From a virus (lineage: Duplodnaviria > Caudoviricetes), in IMG/VR virus record IMGVR_UViG_3300020460_001010, positions 1 to 64,000 of that record: a DNA stretch of 64,000 nucleotides; one strand, 5' to 3'. This document shows, piece by piece, positions 1 through 10,008 of the stretch. Under the pieces are notes generated by a model that saw only the letters and a program-made list of their open reading frames with translations, was not told the origin of the DNA and did no database searches. Within the stretch, counting starts at the first letter, position 1. Each line of letters opens with the position of its first letter. The position numbers were made by a program, and so were the translations under genes.

Positions 1-216
1 ACTCCAGAAGAAACTCCAACACCAACACCAACTCCTGAAGAAACTCCAACACCGACTCCAACTCCAGAAGAAACTCCAACACCGACTCCAACTCCAGAAG
101 AAACTCCAACACCAACACCAACTCCTGAAGAAACTCCAACACCGACTCCAACTCCAGAAGAAACTCCGACTCCTACACCAACCCCAACCGAAACTCCAAC
201 TCCAACTCCGACTCCT
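1..216 (+). repeat. 30-bp coding tandem repeat ([10 protein letters not shown] x6 plus degenerate tail) with 90-bp higher-order period
   Basis: Units 1-30 = 91-120 and 31-60 = 121-150 exactly; other units differ at synonymous sites. Confidence 0.95.
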
Positions 217-489
217 GTGTATGTGGATAGAGTGGATGAGGATGATAATGTTATATCAACACCAATGTACGATGTAAACGAAGAACCAGATGTGCCGGAA
301 AGTATGGGTCCTTACTTTGTACCGTGGAGACGCAGTACTATGGAATATTACAATAAAATCCAGGAGAACAAACCAACAACTGCATCGACAAGATATGTAT
401 CAGGTTACATCTCGGGTAGTTTTATAGGAAATGTGGGTGCAGATGAGCATATACAAGAAACTCCAACCGATACTGATAATAAAAAATAA
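1..489 (+). CDS. C-terminal part of a Pro/Thr/Glu-repeat protein (gene begins left of the window); probable virion-associated protein
   Basis: Frame 1 is open from base 1 ([10 protein letters not shown] repeats) through the 217..489 ORF to TAA at 487-489, so the GTG at 217 is probably internal. Confidence 0.75.
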   Translation, partial: TPEETPTPTPTPEETPTPTPTPEETPTPTPTPEETPTPTPTPEETPTPTPTPEETPTPTPTPTETPTPTPTPVYVDRVDEDDNVISTPMYDVNEEPDVPESMGPYFVPWRRSTMEYYNKIQENKPTTASTRYVSGYISGSFIGNVGADEHIQETPTDTDNKK

Positions 490-598
490 TATTTTAACAT
501 ACATATATAATAGTGCGTGGGTGTAAATGTATTGGTTTTAGGTATTAATGAAATTATTGTCATTGACATAATATCATAATTTGTGTTAAATAATAACC

Positions 599-865
599 AT
601 GTCAATAATGGGTGTATATATTTTAGCAGGAATTACGTCAATATCTATTATATTGTTGTTGTATATTATTAGGAATTTGTATATTAAAAATAAAATATAT
701 GAGAGGTGGATTGTTGAAACTAGGGAGGAGGTTGAGAGTATGCATAGCAATATAACTAAACTGGATGCAAATCAGATGTTTGAAAAGGATGATGAGGTGG
801 GGGTGATATTTACTGACATAAAAAAACTAATAGATAGTTTTAAACAGAGGGTAACTGACGAATAA
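599..865 (+). CDS. Small membrane-anchored protein (N-terminal TM helix plus coiled coil)
   Basis: Hydrophobic N-terminus GVYILAGITSISIILLLYII; stop overlaps the next start (TAATG). Confidence 0.75.
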   Translation: MSIMGVYILAGITSISIILLLYIIRNLYIKNKIYERWIVETREEVESMHSNITKLDANQMFEKDDEVGVIFTDIKKLIDSFKQRVTDE

Positions 866-1653
866 TGGCAAAGCAAAAAACGAAATCTACGAATGACAAA
901 CCACCTACGAGTGGCAACATACCTGGTATGAAACGCAAACGGAGGAAACGGACACCAAAAAACAAAATGTATTTTACACAGGACACCGAAAATGCAATCG
1001 TGTTATACAATGCTTCGGACGACCTCGCAGAAAGAAACAAAATATTTAACGAGGGTATAAAATATCCCTTTGAAAAACTTGCGGAGAATATATTAAATAC
1101 ATTTAAATTTTCATATTTCCAATGCAGTCACGAAGAAGTGCAAAAAGAAGTTGTCAGCAATCTTGTCAGTAATATGCACAAATATAAACAAGAAAACGGA
1201 AAAGCATTTTCCTATTTTAGCATTATAGCAAAAAACTTTTTAATATTGTATAATAACGGAAACTATAAAAAATTTAAACGTCATACGAGTGTAGATGATG
1301 ATGAAGTTGTATATGATCACAAGGAATTGACAATATTTCCAAAAACGGAAACACGGAAACGTGAACTAGAAGAGTTTTTGGAATTGATGATTGAATTTTG
1401 GGATGCAAACTTGGAGAAGATATTCAAGAAAGAAACTGAATTTAAGATTGCGTCTGCGGTTGTGGAGATTTTTAGGAAATGCTCTTCAATTGAGAATTTT
1501 AACAAAAAGGCATTGTATCTGTACATTCGTGAAATGACAAATTGCAAGACACAAAATATAACCAAAGTCATAAATAAGATGAAGGACACTCAGAAGAATA
1601 TACAAGTCCAATACAGAAAAAATGGTTATATTGACATGGACTTACATAAGTAA
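865..1653 (+). CDS. Phage sigma-like transcription factor (T4 gp55-type late sigma candidate)
   Basis: Sigma region-2-like segment FEKLAENILNTFKFSY...KYKQENGKAFSYFSIIAKNFLI resembles gp55-family NAFAYFT; basic N-terminus KRKRRKRTPKNKMYF. Confidence 0.65.
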   Translation: MAKQKTKSTNDKPPTSGNIPGMKRKRRKRTPKNKMYFTQDTENAIVLYNASDDLAERNKIFNEGIKYPFEKLAENILNTFKFSYFQCSHEEVQKEVVSNLVSNMHKYKQENGKAFSYFSIIAKNFLILYNNGNYKKFKRHTSVDDDEVVYDHKELTIFPKTETRKRELEEFLELMIEFWDANLEKIFKKETEFKIASAVVEIFRKCSSIENFNKKALYLYIREMTNCKTQNITKVINKMKDTQKNIQVQYRKNGYIDMDLHK

Positions 1654-1683
1654 TGCAAACTTGGAAAAAAATATATATGTCTA

Positions 1684-1691
1684 TATTTATA
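1684..1691 (+). promoter_or_regulatory. TATTTATA putative late promoter, 4 nt before ATG (leaderless)
   Basis: Motif recurs in most intergenic gaps upstream of structural genes. Confidence 0.6.
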
Positions 1692-1695
1692 ATTT

Positions 1696-2133
1696 ATGGA
1701 AAAAGACATAGAAATTTTCGAGGGAAAGACTTTCTCATCGTTAGTACGTGACATATATAATAATTCTTCTCATAAGAAGGATCAGATAAATCAAATTATT
1801 AAGGACCTACATTCCATGATAAAGGATGTGGGTGGTGCAACGGTGGTAGCACCCATGATAAAAGACTATCTGGATGTGAGTGTGAAGAATGATGACCAAT
1901 TAATTAAATTATCAGCGGTTTTGCAGAGATTGATGTCTGGTGGGTCGTCACCAGATTCAACTGGAGATTTTATGTTGAGTGATGCTGAGAAGCAACAACT
2001 ATATGAGAGTATGCAAGAAGAACTTGAGGATATCGATAAATCCGACAAGGATATAACCGAACACTTAGAGAATGCGGATATAACTGAAAAACTTGGAAAA
2101 ATAACAGATACTATAAACGAAGATGGCACATAG
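1696..2133 (+). CDS. Hypothetical helical phage protein
   Basis: Clean ORF directly downstream of TATTTATA; acidic C-terminus; function not recognised. Confidence 0.8.
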   Translation: MEKDIEIFEGKTFSSLVRDIYNNSSHKKDQINQIIKDLHSMIKDVGGATVVAPMIKDYLDVSVKNDDQLIKLSAVLQRLMSGGSSPDSTGDFMLSDAEKQQLYESMQEELEDIDKSDKDITEHLENADITEKLGKITDTINEDGT

Positions 2134-5100
2134 TAAATACTATAAGAGGTCTGAAGACAGAGACCTCGAAATACAAACGTTGATGACTCAACGTCAGATA
2201 TATTCTAGGAAACCGGAGGGAATCCTATTTTATGAACTTGAACCTGCGGTTGTAATTGATGTTATACGGGATGAAACGCACCCCATATTTAAGAAGGGAA
2301 AAACCTCACCACACGTAAGTAACAATGAATGGCCAGCTGGATATAATGACGTGGAACACTTGGATTATTCGTGGACAGGTCGGATCAAAGCACGTCAGAT
2401 AAATAGTCAAGAGTCGGTTCCGGTGTCCGAACTTGATTGGATAATACCTTTAGAGGCGGGGTTGATTGAATATCCTCTTGTAAATGAACTTGTGATTGTG
2501 GTGGAATATATGGGATCAAAGTATTATACACGAAGATTGAATACTCGTAATTTTATAAATAATTCGGCAGACTTTAGATATGAACATAAGTATGGTAAGA
2601 ATGATGGAGTTACTGCTTCATCAAGTGCTAACCTTGTGGGTGCACGAAATAAGTCAAATATATCTCCAGCATCTGGGGTATATGGTTCTTTTTTGGGAAA
2701 GTACTTCAAATCAAATAACAAGGTGCGTCCATTAAAACACTATGAGGGGGATACTATTCTAGAGAGTAGATTTGGTAGTAGTGTTCGATTCGGTTGTTAT
2801 GTGGATGATCCTACCTTTGATGTGGGTACTGGTAAGGGACATGGTGAATCATATGAGGGCAATTATGGAAATCCCATGATACTGATTAGAAATCGGCAAC
2901 ATATAACAACTGAAGATGAAACTAAATATCAGTATAATATTCTTGAAGATATAAACCGAGATGGAAGTTCTATTCACATCACATCGGGAAATACAAAATC
3001 AGAATTTTTATCCACAATTGATCATTCATATGATAATATTTGGTATGGATGTTTGGGATGTCGACTCGGTGGATTTGGGGGGTTGTATGGACTTTCCAGG
3101 TCCATCATTGGATCGAAAAAAATTCAAAGTATTGATGATTCTGATAAGAAACTTGGGTCCCTTGGTGGTGTTGCAACACCAAATGAGGAAGATGTGAAAC
3201 TGTCTGATAAACTCGGAGCAATTGGAGATCTTGCAGGTCCACTCAACCCATATTCCGATATAACAAGTTCACTTAAAAACAATGATCTTGGTGGAGCACT
3301 TGGGGCTGCAATGGGAACTGCGGTGGGTGGTCCAATTGGTGCAAAGATAGGAAAACGACTTGGAAGTGTGGGTGCTGGATCTATTAAGAAGTTTATAAGT
3401 TCACCTGGAACACCAAACTCATCTAGGCCTTCCGAACGAAAAAAGTTTACCAAGGCAATCGCATCTGGTAATTTTTCATTGAATCCTGAGTATGAACGTG
3501 GGATTGTTAATTCGGTTACATCTGCACGAAAATCCGGCAAGGATTCATTATTTGGTTCTTCGGTGGGAGGGGCAATCTCAGCCGCAACCTCTCTGGGTAT
3601 TGATGTTCCTGGAGTGAGTGACTTGGGAATTTCATCAAATGATAGTCCAATGTTTAAGATATTTAAGTTGGCATCGTTTGGATTAAAGGCATTATGTGCA
3701 TCCCTGAGAAAAAAGCACGGTGGAGGTTATGGTTCAAATACCGAAGAAAAACTTGGTTGGTTATTGTCAATTGGAATTGACCTATCACTGCTCGCTATGC
3801 TCAAGGCACTGTTTGATAGATTGCGTGGTTTGAAGTTTAATTTTGGTTCGTTCGGTTCGTTTAACTTAAATAATCTTTTGCTTGATTTGTGTGATTGGAT
3901 AAACCAGGTGGAACATAAATCAACACTGGTCGATACATTTCGCAACGAGTCTAATAAATTTTTAAGTGATTCTGTATTGACACAACAACTGGGTGATGGT
4001 TTTATTAAAGACGGGACATACGATGCGTATGCTAGAAATCATCCTGATTTTGATATGAATTATAGGTCACTTGCGGGTGATGTAGATGCTATCAAGGAAG
4101 CATCCAAGTCGTTCGGACAAACAACCCTTGCACTACAGAAGGGAGGTTCGGAAAAGGCACATTTGAAGTTTGACCCACTAACTGGACTTTTTAGAGAAAA
4201 ACAACCCACGGGCCAACGAGAACAATTATCTACATCAGGACTATCGTCTAGTTTTCCAGACTTTTCTGCAATGTTTTCTGGAAAACAAGAAACACCCACA
4301 ACTTCTCAACCACCTTCCGCACAGACTACATCTACATCCATATCCACTCAAATCACCGGACAAGGACTAACTGGTATGGAAGCATTGCTAGGTGGATCAC
4401 AATCGGAAAAAGAACCATATAGAACAGAACCACGACCACTTGCAAACGCAACGGAGGCGAAAATATCACCAAGCACAGGAAATATGTCGGTCAGTGGAGT
4501 TGACTTACCCGCATCTCAACAGGTAGTTCCTCCGAAATCTGGAACACGTTCCTCAAATCCAGTAGTAACTCCAGTTTCATCAACTGCGACAAAAGTTACG
4601 TCATATATGAGTGGTAAGGAGATAACCCGTGAGTCGTTAAAGGGAACTCACCTTGAGTCGGCAGACTTGAATGCGGTGGCACTTCTTGATGAGACTGATC
4701 TAAATACATTAAAAGATACTCCATTGATGAATTCTGCAATTGCAGATGCCCAGAAAAAACATGACGAAACATTTGATAAGGAAATGGAAAAGGTTGAGAA
4801 GTCGGTATTGACCAAAACCGATGGAAATGCGATTTATGGCAAACAACTTCCAACATTGGTTGGGAATCAAATAATAATTAATTCGGAGAGGGTATTGATT
4901 TCATCAAAGACACAGGAAACAGGTATATTTTCAAAGAAGAAGTTTTTTGTTACAACGGACGATGAAATTACACTGGATGCAAAGGAACGGATTGTAATGC
5001 GAACGGATAGTCATTTATCTATAATTTCACCAAGTGTACACTTGGGATTGTTTACAACACAATGTCATCCTACACTTAAGGGTGATTGTACGACTGCGTG

Positions 5101-5248
5101 GTTGTCTGACTTATGTGGTTGGTTGTCTTCTCATGTTCACCACGACCCATATATTACGACGTCAAGACCCGCACAACAGGGTTCATTGGCAAGTTTACGT
5201 GCAAGATTGCCAACATTATTAAGTGAGAGAATATTTATATCTGGATAG
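2123..5248 (+). CDS. Baseplate hub/central spike protein (gp5/VgrG-like) with large central insertion
   Basis: N-terminal OB-fold-like segment (IIPLE..EYPLVNELVIV), EGDTILESRFGSSVRFG, beta-rich C-terminus (GNQIIINSERVLISSK) and HVHH apex motif; upstream of gp25 and gp6. Confidence 0.6.
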   Translation: MAHSKYYKRSEDRDLEIQTLMTQRQIYSRKPEGILFYELEPAVVIDVIRDETHPIFKKGKTSPHVSNNEWPAGYNDVEHLDYSWTGRIKARQINSQESVPVSELDWIIPLEAGLIEYPLVNELVIVVEYMGSKYYTRRLNTRNFINNSADFRYEHKYGKNDGVTASSSANLVGARNKSNISPASGVYGSFLGKYFKSNNKVRPLKHYEGDTILESRFGSSVRFGCYVDDPTFDVGTGKGHGESYEGNYGNPMILIRNRQHITTEDETKYQYNILEDINRDGSSIHITSGNTKSEFLSTIDHSYDNIWYGCLGCRLGGFGGLYGLSRSIIGSKKIQSIDDSDKKLGSLGGVATPNEEDVKLSDKLGAIGDLAGPLNPYSDITSSLKNNDLGGALGAAMGTAVGGPIGAKIGKRLGSVGAGSIKKFISSPGTPNSSRPSERKKFTKAIASGNFSLNPEYERGIVNSVTSARKSGKDSLFGSSVGGAISAATSLGIDVPGVSDLGISSNDSPMFKIFKLASFGLKALCASLRKKHGGGYGSNTEEKLGWLLSIGIDLSLLAMLKALFDRLRGLKFNFGSFGSFNLNNLLLDLCDWINQVEHKSTLVDTFRNESNKFLSDSVLTQQLGDGFIKDGTYDAYARNHPDFDMNYRSLAGDVDAIKEASKSFGQTTLALQKGGSEKAHLKFDPLTGLFREKQPTGQREQLSTSGLSSSFPDFSAMFSGKQETPTTSQPPSAQTTSTSISTQITGQGLTGMEALLGGSQSEKEPYRTEPRPLANATEAKISPSTGNMSVSGVDLPASQQVVPPKSGTRSSNPVVTPVSSTATKVTSYMSGKEITRESLKGTHLESADLNAVALLDETDLNTLKDTPLMNSAIADAQKKHDETFDKEMEKVEKSVLTKTDGNAIYGKQLPTLVGNQIIINSERVLISSKTQETGIFSKKKFFVTTDDEITLDAKERIVMRTDSHLSIISPSVHLGLFTTQCHPTLKGDCTTAWLSDLCGWLSSHVHHDPYITTSRPAQQGSLASLRARLPTLLSERIFISG

Positions 5249-5270
5249 AAAGGTTAATAATTAAATAGTT

Positions 5271-5729
5271 ATGAAGAAAAAAGAGTTAATGGAAATTATA
5301 CAACTTGCGGTGAGGAAGGAGTTGCGTACATCTCTACCTGCAATTGTAAAGGAGTGTCTGTCGGAAATTCAAACACCAACTGCACCAAAGAAAAAATCAA
5401 GAGTGACGGATCCCGTTGAGTTAGCAAAACGGGCCCTTAGTACCGAAAGTTCCACCGAGGTGCGTGTGGAGAAAAAGAAACCACCTATGGTTCAATACTC
5501 AAAGAATTCGGCAATAAACGAGATATTAAATAATACCTCGGGGGGCATTCCACAAGAGGGTTCCCGTGTGGGTGGCCACGCAAACGAACAAGAACAAATG
5601 ACAGACTTACAAGGAAATGTAGTGGACATGGATCAATTACCAGATTCAGTTTCATCTGCACTTACGAAAAATTACACAGAATTGTTGGCTGCGGTTGACA
5701 AGAAACGTGGTGTAGGAGGTGGAGTATAG
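5271..5729 (+). CDS. Hypothetical protein with N-terminal MKKKELMEII helix
   Basis: Clean ORF coupled to the gp25 gene. Confidence 0.8.
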   Translation: MKKKELMEIIQLAVRKELRTSLPAIVKECLSEIQTPTAPKKKSRVTDPVELAKRALSTESSTEVRVEKKKPPMVQYSKNSAINEILNNTSGGIPQEGSRVGGHANEQEQMTDLQGNVVDMDQLPDSVSSALTKNYTELLAAVDKKRGVGGGV

Positions 5730-6118
5730 TGGTTGAATCTAGAGTACCCCTTGGAATTCAACTACCGTACCGCAAGGGTCCGGGTGGATATTTTCTACAA
5801 ACCCATTCTGACATGGAACGGGCAAGGTACAATTTGACTATGTTATTAATGACTGCAAAGGGAGAACGTCCACTCATGCCAACATATGGTAGTGACCTAC
5901 ATGAATTGTTGTTTGAGCCGAATGTGGCAGACCACATGGATGATTTGTTTGAAGATGCTGTACGGGAAACAACCGCAATATGGATGCCGGAGGTAATAAT
6001 AACATATGTTACGGTTGAACGTGATTTGATAAATACACCAAGTACCGCAACATTGAATATTGGGTTTTCAATATCAAGCATTCCAAACTCTGAGCAAATT
6101 TTAACACTGGAGGTATGA
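5729..6118 (+). CDS. gp25: Baseplate wedge subunit, gp25/GPW family
   Basis: NLTMLLMTAKGERPLMPTYGSDLHELLFEP matches the gp25 family signature. Confidence 0.9.
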   Translation: MVESRVPLGIQLPYRKGPGGYFLQTHSDMERARYNLTMLLMTAKGERPLMPTYGSDLHELLFEPNVADHMDDLFEDAVRETTAIWMPEVIITYVTVERDLINTPSTATLNIGFSISSIPNSEQILTLEV

Positions 6119-6119
6119 T

Positions 6120-8096
6120 ATGGCAGATGGATTAGATAACCCAGTTAAAACTACATCGAGAGATATAAACTATCTCGGTAAGGATTTTAATGCGTTTCGA
6201 CAAAATTTGATAAACTATGCGAAGTCATACTTCCCACAGACATACAAGGATTTTAGTGAAAACTCGACTGGTATGATGTTTATTGAAATGGCAAGTTATG
6301 TCGGTGACGTATTGTCGTATTACATAGATTATCAGTTTAAAGAGGGGTTTATACAACACGCCGAAGAACGCAAGAACGTCGTGACACTTGCAAACTATCT
6401 TGGGTATTCACCACAACCTGTTACATCCGCATCTACGGAACTTGAGGTATATCAACTAGTACCTGCAAAGACAAATTCCACAACAGGGGAGATAGAACCA
6501 GACTATAAGTATGCTTTAAATATATCTGCTGGAATGGAAGTGACTTCGTCCGATGCAACACCAATTGTATTTAGAACAATTGATTCGGTTAATTTTACGG
6601 AAGACTCGGAAACAAACCCAACAAACGTTTCTGTGTTTGACCGTGATCCTGTAACGCAGGAACCAACATTTTATCTATTAAAGAAAACGACAATGGCATC
6701 GGCAGGTACGCTGAAGACTCGGGAGATTTCCGTTGGTGCTCCAGAACCATTTTTTGAAATAGAGTTGATAGAACCAAATGTACTTGAGATTGTTTCAATT
6801 AAAGATTCAAGTGGAAATCAATATTATCATGTACCAAACCTCGCACAAGATACCGTATTTACGGAAGAGCAGAACACGGATGCAAGAAATCCATTTTACA
6901 GCAAGTTTTCAGAAACGACTCCGTATGTGTTACGATTAATACGAACATCTAGACGATACACCACAAGAGTAAATTCTGACAACACGGTAACAATTGAATT
7001 CGGTGCAGGGACGGATAAGATGGACGATGAGGTAATCATACCAAATCTAAATAACGTAGGACGATTACTCAGTACACAACAAAGTTTTGAAGTGGCATAT
7101 GACCCATCCAATTTTTTAAAAACCAAGAGTTATGGTGAGGCACCGTCAAATACAACATTAACTGTGCAATATTATGTCGGTGGTGGTATTTCTTCAAATA
7201 TATCATCCAACACATTGAACAACATATCACTTATAAATTTTGAAGATCAGAGTGAGTACCTAACTGCACAAGAATCTACAATTTTAAGCACGATCCGTGG
7301 AAGTGTTCGGGTTAACAATCCAAACCCTGCACTTGGTGGAAAAAATGCAGAGTCAACTGATGAGATACGACTGAATTCTCTTGCATATTTTTCCGCACAG
7401 AATCGTGCAGTAACACGGGAAGATTATGTTGTTCGTGCATATTCTATGCCGAACAAGTTCGGAAGTGTTGCAAAGGCATTTGTAACACCCGATGGAATCT
7501 TGGACTCCATGACGCAACTATCATTGATAAAATCTCTTGACGAGCAAGTACCAAAGGTAAGTCCAAGTGGGTTAACACAGGTATACGGAGAGATTAATAA
7601 TCCATTTGCGGTTAATATGTATGTGCTTAGTTATGATAAAAATAAGCACTTGGTGTCTCCAAATGAATTGATATTGAAGAATCTTAGAACATATTTGGGA
7701 CAATATAAAATGCTCACTGATGGGGTAAACATAACAAATGCGTTCATTATAAATATTGGAGTCGACCTTGAGATTTCGGTTTTTCAAAACTATAACAAGA
7801 TAGAAGTTTTATCGAATGCAATACTTGCAGTTAAAAATTTCTTTGACATTGATAAGTGGCAAATTTCACAACCAATAGAAATGGGTGACCTTGAATTGGA
7901 GATTGCACGAATTCATGGGGTTAAGTCGGTTACTAATCTGCGAGTGTATAATAAGACAATTGAGGACGGAAATTATTCATCAAACGTATATGATATAAAA
8001 TCTGCCACATTTAATAAAGTTATATATCCATCAATGGACCCATCCATATTTGAATTGAAGTTTCCATCTAGAGATATTGTGGGGAGGGTGGTGTAG
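6120..8096 (+). CDS. gp6: Baseplate wedge subunit gp6 (baseplate J-like)
   Basis: INYLGKDF..FRQNLINY, MMFIEMASYVGDVLSYY, IEFGAG, GG...ESTDEIR, QNRAVTREDY motifs; follows gp25. Confidence 0.9.
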   Translation: MADGLDNPVKTTSRDINYLGKDFNAFRQNLINYAKSYFPQTYKDFSENSTGMMFIEMASYVGDVLSYYIDYQFKEGFIQHAEERKNVVTLANYLGYSPQPVTSASTELEVYQLVPAKTNSTTGEIEPDYKYALNISAGMEVTSSDATPIVFRTIDSVNFTEDSETNPTNVSVFDRDPVTQEPTFYLLKKTTMASAGTLKTREISVGAPEPFFEIELIEPNVLEIVSIKDSSGNQYYHVPNLAQDTVFTEEQNTDARNPFYSKFSETTPYVLRLIRTSRRYTTRVNSDNTVTIEFGAGTDKMDDEVIIPNLNNVGRLLSTQQSFEVAYDPSNFLKTKSYGEAPSNTTLTVQYYVGGGISSNISSNTLNNISLINFEDQSEYLTAQESTILSTIRGSVRVNNPNPALGGKNAESTDEIRLNSLAYFSAQNRAVTREDYVVRAYSMPNKFGSVAKAFVTPDGILDSMTQLSLIKSLDEQVPKVSPSGLTQVYGEINNPFAVNMYVLSYDKNKHLVSPNELILKNLRTYLGQYKMLTDGVNITNAFIINIGVDLEISVFQNYNKIEVLSNAILAVKNFFDIDKWQISQPIEMGDLELEIARIHGVKSVTNLRVYNKTIEDGNYSSNVYDIKSATFNKVIYPSMDPSIFELKFPSRDIVGRVV

Positions 8097-9397
8097 TGAA
8101 TGTGTTTTTATATCCAACCGCAGATTCTGGAATATCCAGACACAAAAGTGTTATGAATGTCAATATGGGGTTTGATGAGGTATTGGATGTTGAAAACATA
8201 TATGATGAGAATGTCGGACATCATGTATCAAGATTTGTTATGCAATTCGATTTTGATGACTCTGGTATATCTCAAGAAGTGCTAACCGATGCAGAATATT
8301 TTTTGAATTTAAAAATAACCGAGTCAACTGAGTTGTTGTATAAAAGTCATTTGCAGATATTTCCAGTCGCGAGTCGGTGGACGGAAGGTCCGGGCAGACG
8401 TTATGACGTAAACACTACATATACTGGGGTAACATGGAATTCTAGACATGATAAATCACTTCTATGGGAAGAACCGGGTGGGGATATAATTCGTTATGTT
8501 GAGAATGAACATGGGTTAAGTGAAGAACTTGTATGTGAGTATGAGTTTGGTAGACGCACCTCGGATGTATCGGTTAATATAACAAAAATAGTAGAAAAGT
8601 GGATAACTGGTAAGATTGAAAATAATGGCATTCTTGTAAAGTTTAAAGATGAGACTGTTTCCTCCGAGGGCAAGATTTCATTTTTTTCAAAAGATACGAA
8701 TACAATTTATAGTCCATATATTAGAATCGCACATAATGATTATTATTTCAATCCATGTGAGTGCCTAACTACTGAAGAGTTATCATGTGAAAACACTACT
8801 ATTGATAAAACTACCGATGAGTTGATAAGTGGAAGTCTGATAAGTGGAAGTCTGATAAGTGGAAGTCTGATAAGTGGAAGTCTGATAAGTGGAAGTCTGA
8901 TAAGTGGAAGTCTGATAAGTGGAAGTCTGATAAGTGGAAGTAATATAGTGGAAGACACGCAAAACACAGAATGTGAGTATGTGTTAAATAGAACAACTGT
9001 ACAAACACCACCGTCCCTCACCCACATTACTGGAGAATCTATTGTAATAGGTATAAAGAATATACGACAAGAGTATTCGGTGAAGGAAGAAATTCGTATG
9101 CGTCTAGGTGTTCGTGAGAAATATCCGAAAAAAACATTTTCTCAAAAATCTGATTATTTGCTTAATAACTATGTTGAGTACCCAATGTATTATTCGATAC
9201 GTGATGCGGACACCCATGAGGTTAGAATACCCTGGGATTTATACTCAAGAATAAACTGCGATTCGCAGGGTCATTATTTTGATGTTGATTTTGGGTGTTT
9301 GAGTGTTGGTAGAATATATGAGATTATGATACGAGTTGAATCTCCAAATCAAACGGAAATTGTTACAATTAAGACCAAATTTATGATTGGAAAGTGA
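8096..9397 (+). CDS. Baseplate-associated protein with DNRLRE-like domain and (LISGS)8 insertion
   Basis: SRFVMQFD, WTEG.G, TW...W..PGGD, NITKIVEKW..NNGILVK, FFSKDT..YSPYI pattern typical of DNRLRE domains. Confidence 0.65.
   Translation: MNVFLYPTADSGISRHKSVMNVNMGFDEVLDVENIYDENVGHHVSRFVMQFDFDDSGISQEVLTDAEYFLNLKITESTELLYKSHLQIFPVASRWTEGPGRRYDVNTTYTGVTWNSRHDKSLLWEEPGGDIIRYVENEHGLSEELVCEYEFGRRTSDVSVNITKIVEKWITGKIENNGILVKFKDETVSSEGKISFFSKDTNTIYSPYIRIAHNDYYFNPCECLTTEELSCENTTIDKTTDELISGSLISGSLISGSLISGSLISGSLISGSLISGSLISGSNIVEDTQNTECEYVLNRTTVQTPPSLTHITGESIVIGIKNIRQEYSVKEEIRMRLGVREKYPKKTFSQKSDYLLNNYVEYPMYYSIRDADTHEVRIPWDLYSRINCDSQGHYFDVDFGCLSVGRIYEIMIRVESPNQTEIVTIKTKFMIGK
8822..8941 (+). repeat. 15-bp tandem repeat (CTGATAAGTGGAAGT) x8 encoding (LISGS)8
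   Basis: Eight contiguous units, only the first base of unit 1 differs; in frame; no spacers. Confidence 0.97.
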
Positions 9398-9398
9398 T

Positions 9399-9995
9399 AT
9401 GAATAAGTTTGTCCCAAAGTATATAGAAAACTACGACTTTGACCAAGAGTCATATGACGTATTTGTGAACACTCCCATCGATGGTAGTCAACTCGATGAA
9501 TATAATAATTTGATAATGCGGTCAAATATAGACGAGGAAGGAATTACGGATGTTGATAATTTTTTATGGAAAATATCACCACGAAAGAATACTTTTTCAC
9601 AGGTGCAGGTAGAGAATTTCTTCGATACCGGAATATCGGAATTTCAAGAGATTGAATTGGTAGATACGAACTCCGGGTCACCGACTGAAATATCTGAGTT
9701 TGCATCCGAGGTGGATGCGGAAATAGGTGAACAACTCGCAAATGAACAAATACTACAGACACAGGTTGAAGAACTTTCAAACACACTTGATATCGAAATT
9801 GAAAAGGGAGTTAAACTCAAGGAAGATGCAACAGAGACATATCAGGCCGCAAAGGACTTGATAGTATCTCAGAGAATTTCGGCCGGTGAGGGACAGACGA
9901 GTGCAGACTTTAGTAATAAGTTTCCGTTTTTACCATTATCCGAAGGTGAAGAAGAAACATCAGGAGACAAGTTTCCCTTTATGAAATCACCATAA
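9399..9995 (+). CDS. Acidic coiled-coil protein of the baseplate cluster
   Basis: ATG 9399 just after the upstream TGA; C-terminal KFPF duplicated. Confidence 0.75.
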   Translation: MNKFVPKYIENYDFDQESYDVFVNTPIDGSQLDEYNNLIMRSNIDEEGITDVDNFLWKISPRKNTFSQVQVENFFDTGISEFQEIELVDTNSGSPTEISEFASEVDAEIGEQLANEQILQTQVEELSNTLDIEIEKGVKLKEDATETYQAAKDLIVSQRISAGEGQTSADFSNKFPFLPLSEGEEETSGDKFPFMKSP

Positions 9996-10008
9996 TGTTC
10001 GAATATAA

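Noticed and set aside
563-594. Sigma70 promoter upstream of 599
   Set aside because: TTGACA is present but no convincing -10 at 17-nt spacing in very AT-rich DNA
8822-8941. CRISPR array
   Set aside because: Contiguous 15-bp units without spacers, in frame inside a CDS
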